Assembly (NCBI GenBank): GCA_043827405.1
Contig: JBDRPD010000054.1
Span: forward strand, 64,001-128,000
Direction: 5' to 3'
Origin: Elusimicrobiota bacterium
GTDB lineage: Bacteria > Elusimicrobiota > Elusimicrobia > UBA1565
Length of the DNA: 64,000 nt
Shown: positions 29,552 to 40,326 of the stretch, in pieces
Layout: the number at the start of each line of letters is the position of its first letter
How positions within the stretch are numbered: position 1 is the stretch's first letter
Made by a program: the position numbers and the translations under genes
Notes under the pieces: generated by a model
The model's input: only the letters and a program-made list of their open reading frames with translations
Databases searched by the model: none
What the model was told of the DNA's origin: nothing

Positions 29552-30784
29552 ATGCCGACGCAAAAGAAGCGGGAGATCGAACGCAACCTTCCTCTCTATA
29601 AAATCCTGTCTCTCCTGAAATTCACGCCCTTCATGCTGCCGGTGATCGTGCTGTTCTGGCAGGAGAACGGCATGGATATGTTCGACGTCTATCTCCTGCA
29701 GGGCATTTACGCGGTTTTCGTGGTGCTGCTCGAGGTGCCGACCGGCATGGTGGCCGACCGCATCGGCAAAAAGACGAGCCTGCTCATGGGTCTGTTCGCC
29801 TTCATATTCGCGGTGGCGGTTTACGGCTCGGGTCACTGCTTTCTCACCTTTCTCTGGGCGGAACTCGTGCTGGCTGTAGGGAGCTGCCTGATGTCGGGTG
29901 CCGACAGCGCCCTGCTCTACGATTCGCTCCAGTACCTCGACCGCGAATCCGAGTACCAGCAGCTGGAAGGCGAGGCGCGCTCGCTGGCCATGGTCGGCTT
30001 CGCGGTCTCCAACCTGCTGGGCGGCGTCATCGCCCATATCCTGTCGTTTCGCGCCACGGTGTGGATTACCGGTATCGGACCGATTTTGGCGCTGTTCGCC
30101 GTCTGCGGTCTGCGCGAGGTGCAGATCGTGCGCCGCTCCGCGACGTATAAGGCCGAGGCCGCCGCCTACCTGCGGCTGATCGGGGATGCGCTCAGGTTCG
30201 TGCGCAAGCAGCAGCTTGTGCGCTGGCATATCCTGCTCTTCGCCGTGCTCGGCGCGAGCAGCACCTGGCTGCTGTGGCTGTATCAGCCCTATATGACCTT
30301 ATGCGGCCTGCCGGTTTGGTCGTTCGGCGTAATCTTCGCCCTCTTCAACTTTTTCGCCGCTTTTATGAGCGCCATCGCGCATCGCGTATCCAAGCGCTTC
30401 GGGGACCAGAATACTCTGACGCTGCTGATGAGCCTGCAGATCCTGCCGCCGCTGTTAATGAGCCTGTTCGTGACGCCTCTCAGCTTCCTCTTCATCCTCG
30501 GCCACCAAGCGGTGCGCGCCTTCATGTTCCCGTTCGTGCAGGATCTGGTCCTGCGCCATACTTACGAGGACAAGCGCGCCACCATGCTGTCGCTGTGCGC
30601 CATGTCGAGCCGGCTGTTCTTCGCGCTGACCTGCCCGTTCATCGGGCTGATGGGAAAGCACCTCGCCATACCGACGAACATGGCGGGACAGGTGGTCATG
30701 CTGGTCGTCATTTTCGCTGTGCTGTCGGCGATGTATCTCCGCATTCCAGCCAAATACTTCACCGTGAAGACCAGAGAGGCATGA
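29552..30784 (+). CDS. MFS transporter
   Basis: EVPTGMVADRIGKK motif A, SGADSALLYDSL, about 12 TM segments. Confidence 0.9.
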   Translation: MPTQKKREIERNLPLYKILSLLKFTPFMLPVIVLFWQENGMDMFDVYLLQGIYAVFVVLLEVPTGMVADRIGKKTSLLMGLFAFIFAVAVYGSGHCFLTFLWAELVLAVGSCLMSGADSALLYDSLQYLDRESEYQQLEGEARSLAMVGFAVSNLLGGVIAHILSFRATVWITGIGPILALFAVCGLREVQIVRRSATYKAEAAAYLRLIGDALRFVRKQQLVRWHILLFAVLGASSTWLLWLYQPYMTLCGLPVWSFGVIFALFNFFAAFMSAIAHRVSKRFGDQNTLTLLMSLQILPPLLMSLFVTPLSFLFILGHQAVRAFMFPFVQDLVLRHTYEDKRATMLSLCAMSSRLFFALTCPFIGLMGKHLAIPTNMAGQVVMLVVIFAVLSAMYLRIPAKYFTVKTREA

Positions 30785-30785
30785 T

Positions 30786-32240
<1,455 letters not shown>

Positions 32241-32268
32241 ATTATGCGCTTCTTCATCGGAGGCCCCA

Positions 32269-32523
32269 GTGGACGTTCTTGAGTACGCGAAGAGCCGAGA
32301 GACGGATATGGTCAAGCTCTACAAAAACTTGGCCGAGCAGTCTTCTCAAGAGTCCATACGTAAAGTGTTCCTGGCCTTGGCCGAGGAAGAGGCCGAGCAG
32401 TTTTACCTGATGGCGGCGCGCAACGAGGAGAATCCCGTTCTGCAGGAAGTATTTCGCTGGCTGGCCAAGCAGGAGGGGCGGCACCGGGAGGTGCTGGGCC
32501 GGGCCAGGGACCGCATCCGCTGA
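32269..32523 (+). CDS. Short ferritin/rubrerythrin-like protein, possibly internally deleted
   Basis: E...Y..LA...F..LAEEE joined directly to FY...F..LAKQE..H; SD ggagg and GTG start. Confidence 0.55.
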   Translation: MDVLEYAKSRETDMVKLYKNLAEQSSQESIRKVFLALAEEEAEQFYLMAARNEENPVLQEVFRWLAKQEGRHREVLGRARDRIR

Positions 32524-32717
32524 GCGCTGTGGACTCCCTTTCTCCTGCGCGGCGGCCATCCCGCGCCGCCGAAGGTCTCTCGTCGTTCATGAAAAATGCT
32601 TTAATACACGTCCCCAGGCCATCCTCAGTAATCCGGTCAATCCCGCATACTGCTGCGTAGGCCGCAAACGATGCCGGGGCGCGTATTATCGCCGGAAAAT
32701 CGGTGGAAACCGGGTTT

Positions 32718-33755
32718 ATGACACAGGGCAGAAAGAAAGAGCATCTGAGAATTTGCGCCGAGATGGACGTCGAATTCCAGCATAAAACGACATTGCTGGA
32801 GCATGTCCATCCGGTCCATGCCGCCTTGGCGGAGATCTCAATCGATGAGATAGACACCGGGACGAGCTTCATGGGACGGAAGCTGCGCGCGCCGCTGCTG
32901 ATCAGCGCCATGAGCGGCGGGGTTACGCACGCTCGCGACCTCAACCGGGACCTGGCGCGCGCGGCGCAAAAGCTCGGTATCGGTTTCTGTCTGGGCAGCC
33001 AGCGTCCCATGCTGGAAAACCCGAAGCTGATCGGCACCTATCAGGTCCGCCGCTTCGCTCCCGACGTGCCGATTCTGGGAAATATCGGCGTTCAGCAGGC
33101 CGCCGCGGCGAAGCCCAGGGACATCGAGCGGTTGGTGACCTGTATCGAGGCCGACGGTTTGGCGGTGCATCTCAACCCGGCGCAGGAGCTGAGTCAGCTC
33201 GAGGGCGACCGGCGCTTTCCGGACGGCTACCGTACCCTGAAGATTCTCGCCAAGCGCCTGCCCGGCCGGATCATGGTCAAGGAGACCGGCTGCGGCATCT
33301 CGCGCGAGGTCGCCCGGAAGCTTAAGCGGGCCGGCATCCGGGTCGTGGATACGGCCGGCGCCGGCGGCACCTCGTGGACCCGGGTGGAGCATCTGCGCAA
33401 CGGAGTGAAGCCCGCGGCGCGCGGCTGGCTCGACGAATGGGGCATCCCGACGGCGGCGTCCCTCATGGACGTGGCCCCGCTGGGGCTTAAGGTCGCGGCA
33501 TCGGGCGGGCTGCGCAGCGGCTACGACGCGGCCAAGTGTCTGATGCTGGGCGCCGACGTCTGCGGCATGGCGCTGCCGGTCCTGCGCGCCTATATGCGGG
33601 GAGGTTATCCCGCCGTACTCGCTTTTTTCGAACAGGTCCGGCGCGAGCTCAAGACCGTCATGCTGCTGGTCGGCGCCAAGGATATCCCCTCGCTCAAGAA
33701 ACATAAGCCGGTAATCACTGGAGAACTCGCGGAATGGGCAACCCGGACAAGATAA
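32718..33755 (+). CDS. fni: Type 2 (FMN-dependent) isopentenyl-diphosphate delta-isomerase
   Basis: RKKEHL, AMSGG, GSQR, HLNPAQE, VKETGCG, GAGGTSW, SGGLR. Confidence 0.95.
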   Translation: MTQGRKKEHLRICAEMDVEFQHKTTLLEHVHPVHAALAEISIDEIDTGTSFMGRKLRAPLLISAMSGGVTHARDLNRDLARAAQKLGIGFCLGSQRPMLENPKLIGTYQVRRFAPDVPILGNIGVQQAAAAKPRDIERLVTCIEADGLAVHLNPAQELSQLEGDRRFPDGYRTLKILAKRLPGRIMVKETGCGISREVARKLKRAGIRVVDTAGAGGTSWTRVEHLRNGVKPAARGWLDEWGIPTAASLMDVAPLGLKVAASGGLRSGYDAAKCLMLGADVCGMALPVLRAYMRGGYPAVLAFFEQVRRELKTVMLLVGAKDIPSLKKHKPVITGELAEWATRTR

Positions 33756-35098
33756 ACCAGCCGAACGATCCGAAAGAAGAGAAGCCGCAGCATCGCACCT
33801 CGCGGCTGTCCGGCTTCTATAAGCTCGACGTCTCGGAACGGCTGGACAAGCTCGACGAATGGCTTCCCCTTTCAAACGAGGAAAAGTGGATGCTCAAGAA
33901 GGAGACGCTGTCGCTCGAGAAGGCCAATATGATGATCGAGAACGTCATCGGCATTTTCGGGCTTCCCCTCGGTCTCGCGGTCAACTTTCGCATCAACGGC
34001 AAGGACTACGTCATCCCGATGGCGGTGGAAGAGACGTCGATCGTCGCCGCCGCCGGCAATATGGCCAAGCTTATCCGCGAGAACGGCGATCTCACGGCCT
34101 CCTCCAAGCGCGCCATAATGGAAGGGCAGATTCAGCTGTTCAACGTCGACCGTATCGAGACCGCCGTCAAGAAGATTGAGAAGGCGAAGGAACGGCTCCT
34201 GCGGGTAGCCAACCAGCAGGACCGGATGCTGGTCCGGCTGGGCGGCGGGGCCAAGGATCTTTACTGCCGCAAGATCTCCACCGAAAGCGGCCCCATGCTC
34301 ATCGTCCATCTGGCCGTCGCGGTGGTCGACGCCATGGGCGCCAACGCCGTCAACACCATGGTGGAGACGCTGGGACCCATTATCGCGGAGATCGCACAGG
34401 GAGAGCTGCTGTGTCAGATCATCACCAACCTCTGCGATAAGTCGCTGATCCAGGCACGTTTCGAGATCGGCGTCGACTGTCTCGCGAAGGGGGATTTCTC
34501 CGGGCTGCAGGTCGCGGAGCGGATCGTGAAGGAGTATCACTTCGCCGACGCCGACCCTTACCGCGCCGCGACGCATAACAAGGGCGTCATGAACGGTATC
34601 GACGGGATCGTCATCGCCACCGGCAACGACTGGCGCGCCGTCGAGGCGGCCGCCCACGCCTACGCCGCCCGTACCGGCCGCTATCGGTCCCTGACCAAGT
34701 ATCGCATCGAGGATAATAAGCTGATCGGTGAGATTGAGCTGCCGCTGGCGGTCGGCGTGGTCGGCGGCGTGACCAGGCTGCATCCTGCCGTCGAGATCCT
34801 GCTCAAGATTCTAGGCAAGCCGTCGCGGCGCGAGCTGGCGGAGATTATGGCGGCCGCCGGTCTGGTGCAGAACTTCGCCGCGGTGCGCACTTTGGTGACC
34901 GAGGGAATCCAGCGCGGGCATATGACTCTGCATGCCCGCAATGTGGCCTACTTCGCCGGCGCCATCGGCGAGATGGCGGTTCATGTGGCCAATCAGATGG
35001 AGCGGGAAGGGCTGATCCGCTTCGACCGGGCCAAGGAGATTCTGAAGAATCTTCTCGTGCACCGGCAGAACGAGAACGGCGACGGAGAGGAAGCGTAG
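33734..35098 (+). CDS. mvaA: Class II HMG-CoA reductase
   Basis: ENVIG, MAVEETSIVAA, DAMGAN, ATHNKG, GNDWRA, GIQRGHMTLH. Confidence 0.95.
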   Translation: MGNPDKINQPNDPKEEKPQHRTSRLSGFYKLDVSERLDKLDEWLPLSNEEKWMLKKETLSLEKANMMIENVIGIFGLPLGLAVNFRINGKDYVIPMAVEETSIVAAAGNMAKLIRENGDLTASSKRAIMEGQIQLFNVDRIETAVKKIEKAKERLLRVANQQDRMLVRLGGGAKDLYCRKISTESGPMLIVHLAVAVVDAMGANAVNTMVETLGPIIAEIAQGELLCQIITNLCDKSLIQARFEIGVDCLAKGDFSGLQVAERIVKEYHFADADPYRAATHNKGVMNGIDGIVIATGNDWRAVEAAAHAYAARTGRYRSLTKYRIEDNKLIGEIELPLAVGVVGGVTRLHPAVEILLKILGKPSRRELAEIMAAAGLVQNFAAVRTLVTEGIQRGHMTLHARNVAYFAGAIGEMAVHVANQMEREGLIRFDRAKEILKNLLVHRQNENGDGEEA

Positions 35099-35109
35099 AC
35101 TCAAGCCGT

Positions 35110-36084
35110 ATGAAGACCGCAACCGAGAAGGCTCCGTCAAAGCTGATTCTGCTCGGCGAGCATGCCGTGGTCTACGGGCAGCCGGCGATCGCGGTGCCGC
35201 TGCGCGAGCCCTCCGCTGAAGCCGTGGTGACCGAGACGAGCGAATCCGAGCCGGTCGCCGTCGAGCTGAAGGATTTCGGTCTCCGTTGGACGCGAGGCGA
35301 GAAGGCGGAGGCCGAGGAAATCCTTCCGTTCGCGCATATCGTCCGGTCCTGCATCGAAGACGGCGGCCGCATGCCGGGCCGCGGCTGGAAGCTCTCGATC
35401 CGATCGGACATTCCCATCGGCTGCGGTCTGGGCAGCGGCGCCGCTGTTTCCACCGCCGCGCTGCGGGCCATCCATCGTTTTTTCGGCTTCGCTATCGCGC
35501 CGCGAGAGCTGTCCGCGCTCGTCTACGAGACGGAGCGGATGCTGCACGGCACGCCGAGCGGCATCGATAATACCGTTATCGCGACCGAGCGTCCCGTTCT
35601 GTTCCGTAAGGGAGAGGACGGGGAATTTATCGAGCCGCCGGCGGCTCCCATCTTTTTCGTCATCGGCTATACGGGCAAGCGGCATAAGACGTTCGCGGTC
35701 GTGACCGAGGTCGCGGAGGCGCGCGCGGCGGATCCCGAGACCTACGACGGGATATTCGCGGACATCGGCGAGATAACCCGTAAAGGCGCCGCCGCCTTCC
35801 GGGCCGGCGCGTTTGCCGAGCTCGGCCGGCTCATGGACGAGAATCACCGGCTGCTGGAAAGGCTCGGCGTTTCCTCACCCGAGCTCGAGCGCATGGTCCA
35901 GGCGGCGCAGGCCGCGGGGGCGCTCGGCGCCAAGCTGAGCGGCGCCGGCCGGGGCGGCTGCATGGTGGCGCTGGCGCCGGACGCCGTCGTCGCCGGCAAG
36001 CTTGAAGAGGCGCTGCGCCGGGCCGGTTCGGTTATGACCGTGACGACGGGAATTCTGCGGCGCAAGGCGGCGGCATGCGGGTGA
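35110..36084 (+). CDS. mvk: Mevalonate kinase
   Basis: LLGEHAVVYG, PIGCGLGSGAA, HGTPSGID, KLSGAGRGGC (GHMP kinase motifs). Confidence 0.93.
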   Translation: MKTATEKAPSKLILLGEHAVVYGQPAIAVPLREPSAEAVVTETSESEPVAVELKDFGLRWTRGEKAEAEEILPFAHIVRSCIEDGGRMPGRGWKLSIRSDIPIGCGLGSGAAVSTAALRAIHRFFGFAIAPRELSALVYETERMLHGTPSGIDNTVIATERPVLFRKGEDGEFIEPPAAPIFFVIGYTGKRHKTFAVVTEVAEARAADPETYDGIFADIGEITRKGAAAFRAGAFAELGRLMDENHRLLERLGVSSPELERMVQAAQAAGALGAKLSGAGRGGCMVALAPDAVVAGKLEEALRRAGSVMTVTTGILRRKAAACG

Positions 36085-36629
36085 TCGTCGGGCTCTCCGG
36101 CGCGTCGGGCGTGGTGATCGGCGTCCGCTTGGTCGAAGAGCTGCTGGCCCGCAGCTGCGAGGTGCATGCGGTCGTCACCTCTTCGGCCTGGGACGTCCTG
36201 CGCCACGAGATGGGGGCGGACTTCAAGTTTCCCGCCGGGGCCGCGCTCTACGAGCAGAAAGACGCGAAAGCGCCGTTCAACAGCAGCTCTTTTCGCGCCG
36301 CCGCGATGGTCGTGGCGCCCTGCTCCATGAAGTCGCTGTCCGCGATCGCCGCCGGCTACGCCGATAATATTTTAGTGCGGGCGGCGGACGGCATGCTGCG
36401 TACCGGCGGGAAGCTGATCCTGGTTCCCCGGGAGACGCCGCTGTCGCTCTCGGCGCTGGAAAATATGGCGTCCTTGCGGCGTGACGGCGCCCTGATCGCT
36501 CCGCCGATGGCGGCGTACTACCACGGACCCAAGACCGTCGACGATATGACGAATTTCTTCGTCGGCAAGCTGCTCGATCTGCTGGGTCTCGAAAATGATC
36601 TGTACCGGCGCTGGAGCGGTGGAGCATAG
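36075..36629 (+). CDS. ubiX: Flavin prenyltransferase (prFMN synthase)
   Basis: GLSGASG, APCSMKSL, VPRETPL, PPMAAYY. Confidence 0.93.
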   Translation: MRVIVGLSGASGVVIGVRLVEELLARSCEVHAVVTSSAWDVLRHEMGADFKFPAGAALYEQKDAKAPFNSSSFRAAAMVVAPCSMKSLSAIAAGYADNILVRAADGMLRTGGKLILVPRETPLSLSALENMASLRRDGALIAPPMAAYYHGPKTVDDMTNFFVGKLLDLLGLENDLYRRWSGGA

Positions 36630-36630
36630 A

Positions 36631-37905
36631 ATGGATATCGGCTCGATTATCAAGATGTTCCAGGACGCCGGCGAGCTCACGACGGTGGGGGAAGAGCTCG
36701 ACCCCGTGCTCAAGGCGGCGGCAGCGATCCGCGCCGCCGAACCCGCGCCCGTGCTCCTGGATAACGTGCGAGGCAGCCGGATCCTGGCCAATATCATGCC
36801 GACCCGGGACGCGCTGGCGCGGCTGCTCGGGGTCGATCCCGCCCGGTTTTTGCCCGAGCTGGCGGCCAAGCTGGAGGGGGGCGGCGCGGGCTGTGTCCGG
36901 CGCGACGCCGTCTTCGGCGACGAGGAGATTCCGCTGGCCGAGCTGGAGCGGCTGCCCTTTTTGACCTACTACAGCGTGGACGGCGGGCCCTATCTGACGG
37001 CGGGCGTATGGGTCGTTCGCGATCCCCGGCATGGAGTGAATCTTTCCTATCACCGCATGATGCGGACCGGCCCGGGACGCGGTACCGTGCGCGTTGTGGA
37101 GCGGCGCGGCACCGATACCGCGATGAAGAACAGCGGCGGCACGCTGGAGGCGGCGATCTGTATCGGCGCTCCCGCGCCGGTGCTGTTCGCGGCGGCGCTG
37201 TCGCCCGCGCCCGACATCAACGAGCTGGACATCGCCGCGCGCTTCGGCGAGCTGGAGCTGGTCCGCTGCAAAACGATCGACGTGGAGGTCCCCGCTTCCT
37301 GCCAGCTGGTGATCGAGGGCCGGTTCACCGGGGAGACCGGGGCTGAAGGTCCCTTCGTGGATATCACGGGGACGGTAGATGTTGTCCGGCAGCAGCCGGT
37401 GTTCGAAATTACGCGGGCGGCTCGCCGCAGGGATGCCGTGCTCTACGATATCGTACCGGGACGGTCCGATCACCGGACGCTGATGGGGATTCCCAAAGAG
37501 CTGGATATTTACCGCGAAGTTTCCAAGGTCTGCCGCTGTCTCGACGTATCCATCACGCCGGGCGGCGCTTCCTGGCTGCACGCGGTCATCCGCATCGCCA
37601 AAGAAAAAGGGCAGGACGGACGCGCGGCGCTGGCGGCGGCGTTCGCCGCGCACCGCTCGCTCAAACACTGCGTTGTCGTCGATGAAGACATCGACATCCG
37701 CAATCCCGCCGCGGTCGAATGGGCGCTGGCGACGCGGTTCCAGGCCAATACCGACCTGCTGCTGCTCGACGATCAGCCGGGCAGCTCGCTTGATCCCTCC
37801 GTGCATCACGAGAGCGGCAAGGGCAGCCGGGGCTCGAAGCTCGGGCTCGACGCCACGATTCGCGAGGGCGGCGAACCGTCGCTGTTCAAGAAGATAACCG
37901 AGTGA
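36631..37905 (+). CDS. UbiD-family decarboxylase; by context trans-anhydromevalonate 5-phosphate decarboxylase
   Basis: DGGPY, SYHR, EGPFVDITG, VVVDEDIDI, VEWALATR, LDP; lies inside the mevalonate operon. Confidence 0.85.
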   Translation: MDIGSIIKMFQDAGELTTVGEELDPVLKAAAAIRAAEPAPVLLDNVRGSRILANIMPTRDALARLLGVDPARFLPELAAKLEGGGAGCVRRDAVFGDEEIPLAELERLPFLTYYSVDGGPYLTAGVWVVRDPRHGVNLSYHRMMRTGPGRGTVRVVERRGTDTAMKNSGGTLEAAICIGAPAPVLFAAALSPAPDINELDIAARFGELELVRCKTIDVEVPASCQLVIEGRFTGETGAEGPFVDITGTVDVVRQQPVFEITRAARRRDAVLYDIVPGRSDHRTLMGIPKELDIYREVSKVCRCLDVSITPGGASWLHAVIRIAKEKGQDGRAALAAAFAAHRSLKHCVVVDEDIDIRNPAAVEWALATRFQANTDLLLLDDQPGSSLDPSVHHESGKGSRGSKLGLDATIREGGEPSLFKKITE

Positions 37906-39143
37906 ACCTGTCCGCGGAAGAACAAGATGTCCTCGACGGCAAGCAGGGCGCCGGGGCCGCCAAGGCCATGGAGATTCTGCGGGCGCTGGGCCGCATCAGC
38001 GGGGCGCCGGATATGGTCCGGGTCGGCTCAGTGCAGGTCTCGGGCGTAAGCTACAAGAATATCGGCGAGCATGGGCTCGCCTTTCTCAATGAGTGGGCGG
38101 CCCAAGGCTCCAAGGCGGCGGTACCCGCTTTCATGAATCCCGGCGGCGCCGACCGCAAGCTGTGGAAGGCCTTGGGCTTTCCGGCGGATTTCGTCGAAAA
38201 ACAGGCGCAGGTGGTCGCGGCGCTGGAGGGCCTGGGCGTGCAGCCGACCTTGACCTGCACGCCGTACCATATCGGCATCAAGCCGCAGCCCGGCGAGCAT
38301 GTCGCCTGGGCGGAGTCCTCGGCGGTCGTGTTTGCGAACTCGGTGCTCGGGGCCCGGACCAACCGGGAGGGCGGACCGTCGGCGATCGCCGCGGCGCTGA
38401 CCGGGCGGACGCCCCGGCACGGCCTGCATACCGACGAGGGGCGGCGGCCTACCCGCGTCGTTCAGGTGAAATGCGGGGTCAAGACGAGCGCCGATGCCGG
38501 CGCGCTCGGCTACCTGATCGGCCGCGTCCTGGCGCAGGACAGCAAGGGCGGAATCCCGTATATCGCGGGGGTCGAGCCGCCGGAAGGAGCGGCGCGGCTG
38601 GCTTGGCTTAAAGCGCTCGGCGCCGGGATGGCCGCTTCCGGTTCGGTAGGCCTGTATCACCTGGAGGGCGTGACGCCCGAAGCGGCCGCCGCGGGGGCCG
38701 GGTTCGCCGACGCCGCGCCGGAGCGTACGGAGATCGTCTCGCTGGCGGAAGGCTATCGTAATCTGAACGCCAAACAGGGCGCTATCGACGTGGTGGCCCT
38801 CGGCTGCCCGCATGCCTCGCCCGAAGAGCTGGAGCATGTTGTGCGGCTGCTGCGCGGCCGCCGGACCAAGCTCCCGCTGTGGATTTTCGTGGCGGAAGGC
38901 GTGCGCCGGGAGGCGCAGGCCGCGGGCGTCGCGGCGGAGCTCGAGAAGTCGGGAGCGGTCCTGCTCGCCGACACCTGCCTGGTGGTGGCGCCGCTCAAGG
39001 AGCTCGGGATCCGGGGCGCGGTGACCAACTCGGCCAAGATGGCATTTTATCTGCCGTCGCATCACGGCGTAGGCGTGCGCTTCGGCTCGACGGAAGAAGG
39101 CGTTGAAACCGCGGTCGCCGGGGAGTGGAAATACGATGCCTGA
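37902..39143 (+). CDS. Aconitase X catalytic (large) subunit; by context phosphomevalonate dehydratase large subunit
   Basis: SGVSYKNIG, TLTCTPY, WAESSAVVFANSVLGARTNREGG, LGCPH, DTC; GTGA overlap with the ubiD-like gene. Confidence 0.88.
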   Translation: MNLSAEEQDVLDGKQGAGAAKAMEILRALGRISGAPDMVRVGSVQVSGVSYKNIGEHGLAFLNEWAAQGSKAAVPAFMNPGGADRKLWKALGFPADFVEKQAQVVAALEGLGVQPTLTCTPYHIGIKPQPGEHVAWAESSAVVFANSVLGARTNREGGPSAIAAALTGRTPRHGLHTDEGRRPTRVVQVKCGVKTSADAGALGYLIGRVLAQDSKGGIPYIAGVEPPEGAARLAWLKALGAGMAASGSVGLYHLEGVTPEAAAAGAGFADAAPERTEIVSLAEGYRNLNAKQGAIDVVALGCPHASPEELEHVVRLLRGRRTKLPLWIFVAEGVRREAQAAGVAAELEKSGAVLLADTCLVVAPLKELGIRGAVTNSAKMAFYLPSHHGVGVRFGSTEEGVETAVAGEWKYDA

Positions 39144-39534
39144 GAAGCGGCTGGAGGGGCGGGTGATCTTCGGCGGCGCCGCCGCGGGCCGCGTCTTGAA
39201 GTCCGAGCAGCCTTTGGGCTTTTTCGGCCATATCGATCCCGAGACCGGCGTTTACCGGGAAGCGGGGCATCCGCTGGACGGCCGGCTGCTCAGCGGCCGG
39301 GTGCTGGTCTTTCCGCGGGGCAAAGGCAGCACGGTGGGCTCCTACATCATCTACGCGCTGCGCAAGACCGGCAAGGCGCCCGCGGCGATGATCATCGGCG
39401 AATGCGATACCATCGTCGCCGTCGGCGCCATCATCGGCGAGATCCCCGCGCTGGACAGCGTCGACCTTTCATGCCTCAAGGACGGCGACGCGGTGCGGGT
39501 GCGGGACGGGGAGGTTTTCATTGAGCAAGCTTAG
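39136..39534 (+). CDS. Aconitase X swivel (small) subunit (DUF126); phosphomevalonate dehydratase small subunit
   Basis: IDPETG...HPL.G, FPRGKGSTVGSY, APAA. Confidence 0.88.
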   Translation: MPEKRLEGRVIFGGAAAGRVLKSEQPLGFFGHIDPETGVYREAGHPLDGRLLSGRVLVFPRGKGSTVGSYIIYALRKTGKAPAAMIIGECDTIVAVGAIIGEIPALDSVDLSCLKDGDAVRVRDGEVFIEQA

Positions 39535-40315
39535 CGTCTTCGTCAAGCTGGGCGGGTCGTTTATCACCGACAAGAATGTGGCCGACAGCCTGGCCGGGCC
39601 GCGCATTGAGACCGCCGCGCGCATGATCGGCGAGGCGCTGGGGCAGAGCGAAATGTCCTTGGTGCTCGGCCACGGCGCCGGCTCGTACGGCCACATCCTG
39701 GCGCAGAAGTACGATGCCGTGCGGGGCGTGCATCCCGAGTTGGGCTGGGAAGGCTACTACAAGATCCGCGAGTCGATGACCGAGATGAATTTGCGTTTCG
39801 TGCGCCACTGCGGCGCCGGCGGGCTGCATCCCGTGACGATCTCGCCGCATGCCGTGGCGGCGGCGGCGGACGGCCGGCTGGAGCGCATCGATACGCGCAA
39901 TATCTCCGAGCTGCTTAAGCAAGGGCAGATTCCGCTGCTGCACGGCGATATCGTCCCCGACCGCGTGCGCGGCTTCACTATAGCCTCTACCGAAGCCCTG
40001 CTCGCGGGGCTGGCCGAGCATATGCGCTTCGACCGGGTGGTGATGATCAGCGATACCGTCGGCGTGCTTGACGAGAAGGGCCGGACGATCGAGATGCTCG
40101 ACGACGGCGGGTTCGCCGCGGCCGCGGAGCATATCGGCGGAGCCGGCGCGCCCGACGTTACCGGCGGGATGCGCCGGAAGGTGGAGCAGCTCTTTTCGCT
40201 GATCCGCGCCGGCCGTATCGGCGAGGCGCGTATTACCACCTGCGCTGAAGAGCCCGAGAACCTGCGGCGGGCGATCCTCGGCGACGGCGGCGGCGGAACG
40301 CTGCTGCAGGCCTAA
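39521..40315 (+). CDS. ipk: Isopentenyl phosphate kinase
   Basis: VKLGGSFITDK, HGAGSYGH, HGD, DVTGGMRRK (IPK signatures of the amino acid kinase family); TTG start with ggaggt SD. Confidence 0.9.
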   Translation: MSKLSVFVKLGGSFITDKNVADSLAGPRIETAARMIGEALGQSEMSLVLGHGAGSYGHILAQKYDAVRGVHPELGWEGYYKIRESMTEMNLRFVRHCGAGGLHPVTISPHAVAAAADGRLERIDTRNISELLKQGQIPLLHGDIVPDRVRGFTIASTEALLAGLAEHMRFDRVVMISDTVGVLDEKGRTIEMLDDGGFAAAAEHIGGAGAPDVTGGMRRKVEQLFSLIRAGRIGEARITTCAEEPENLRRAILGDGGGGTLLQA

Positions 40316-40326
40316 CGGAGGAGAAT

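Noticed and set aside
36277..37809. Long antisense or alternate-frame ORFs (also 2673-3803, 4924-6180, 10129-11451, 21813-23090, 26231-27481, 48246-49454)
   Set aside because: Shadow ORFs expected in GC-rich DNA; they overlap well-supported genes and carry no motifs.
36075..37905. ubiX/ubiD as ubiquinone biosynthesis genes
   Set aside because: No ubiA, ubiE or ubiC nearby; overlap with mvk, AcnX and ipk points to the mevalonate role.
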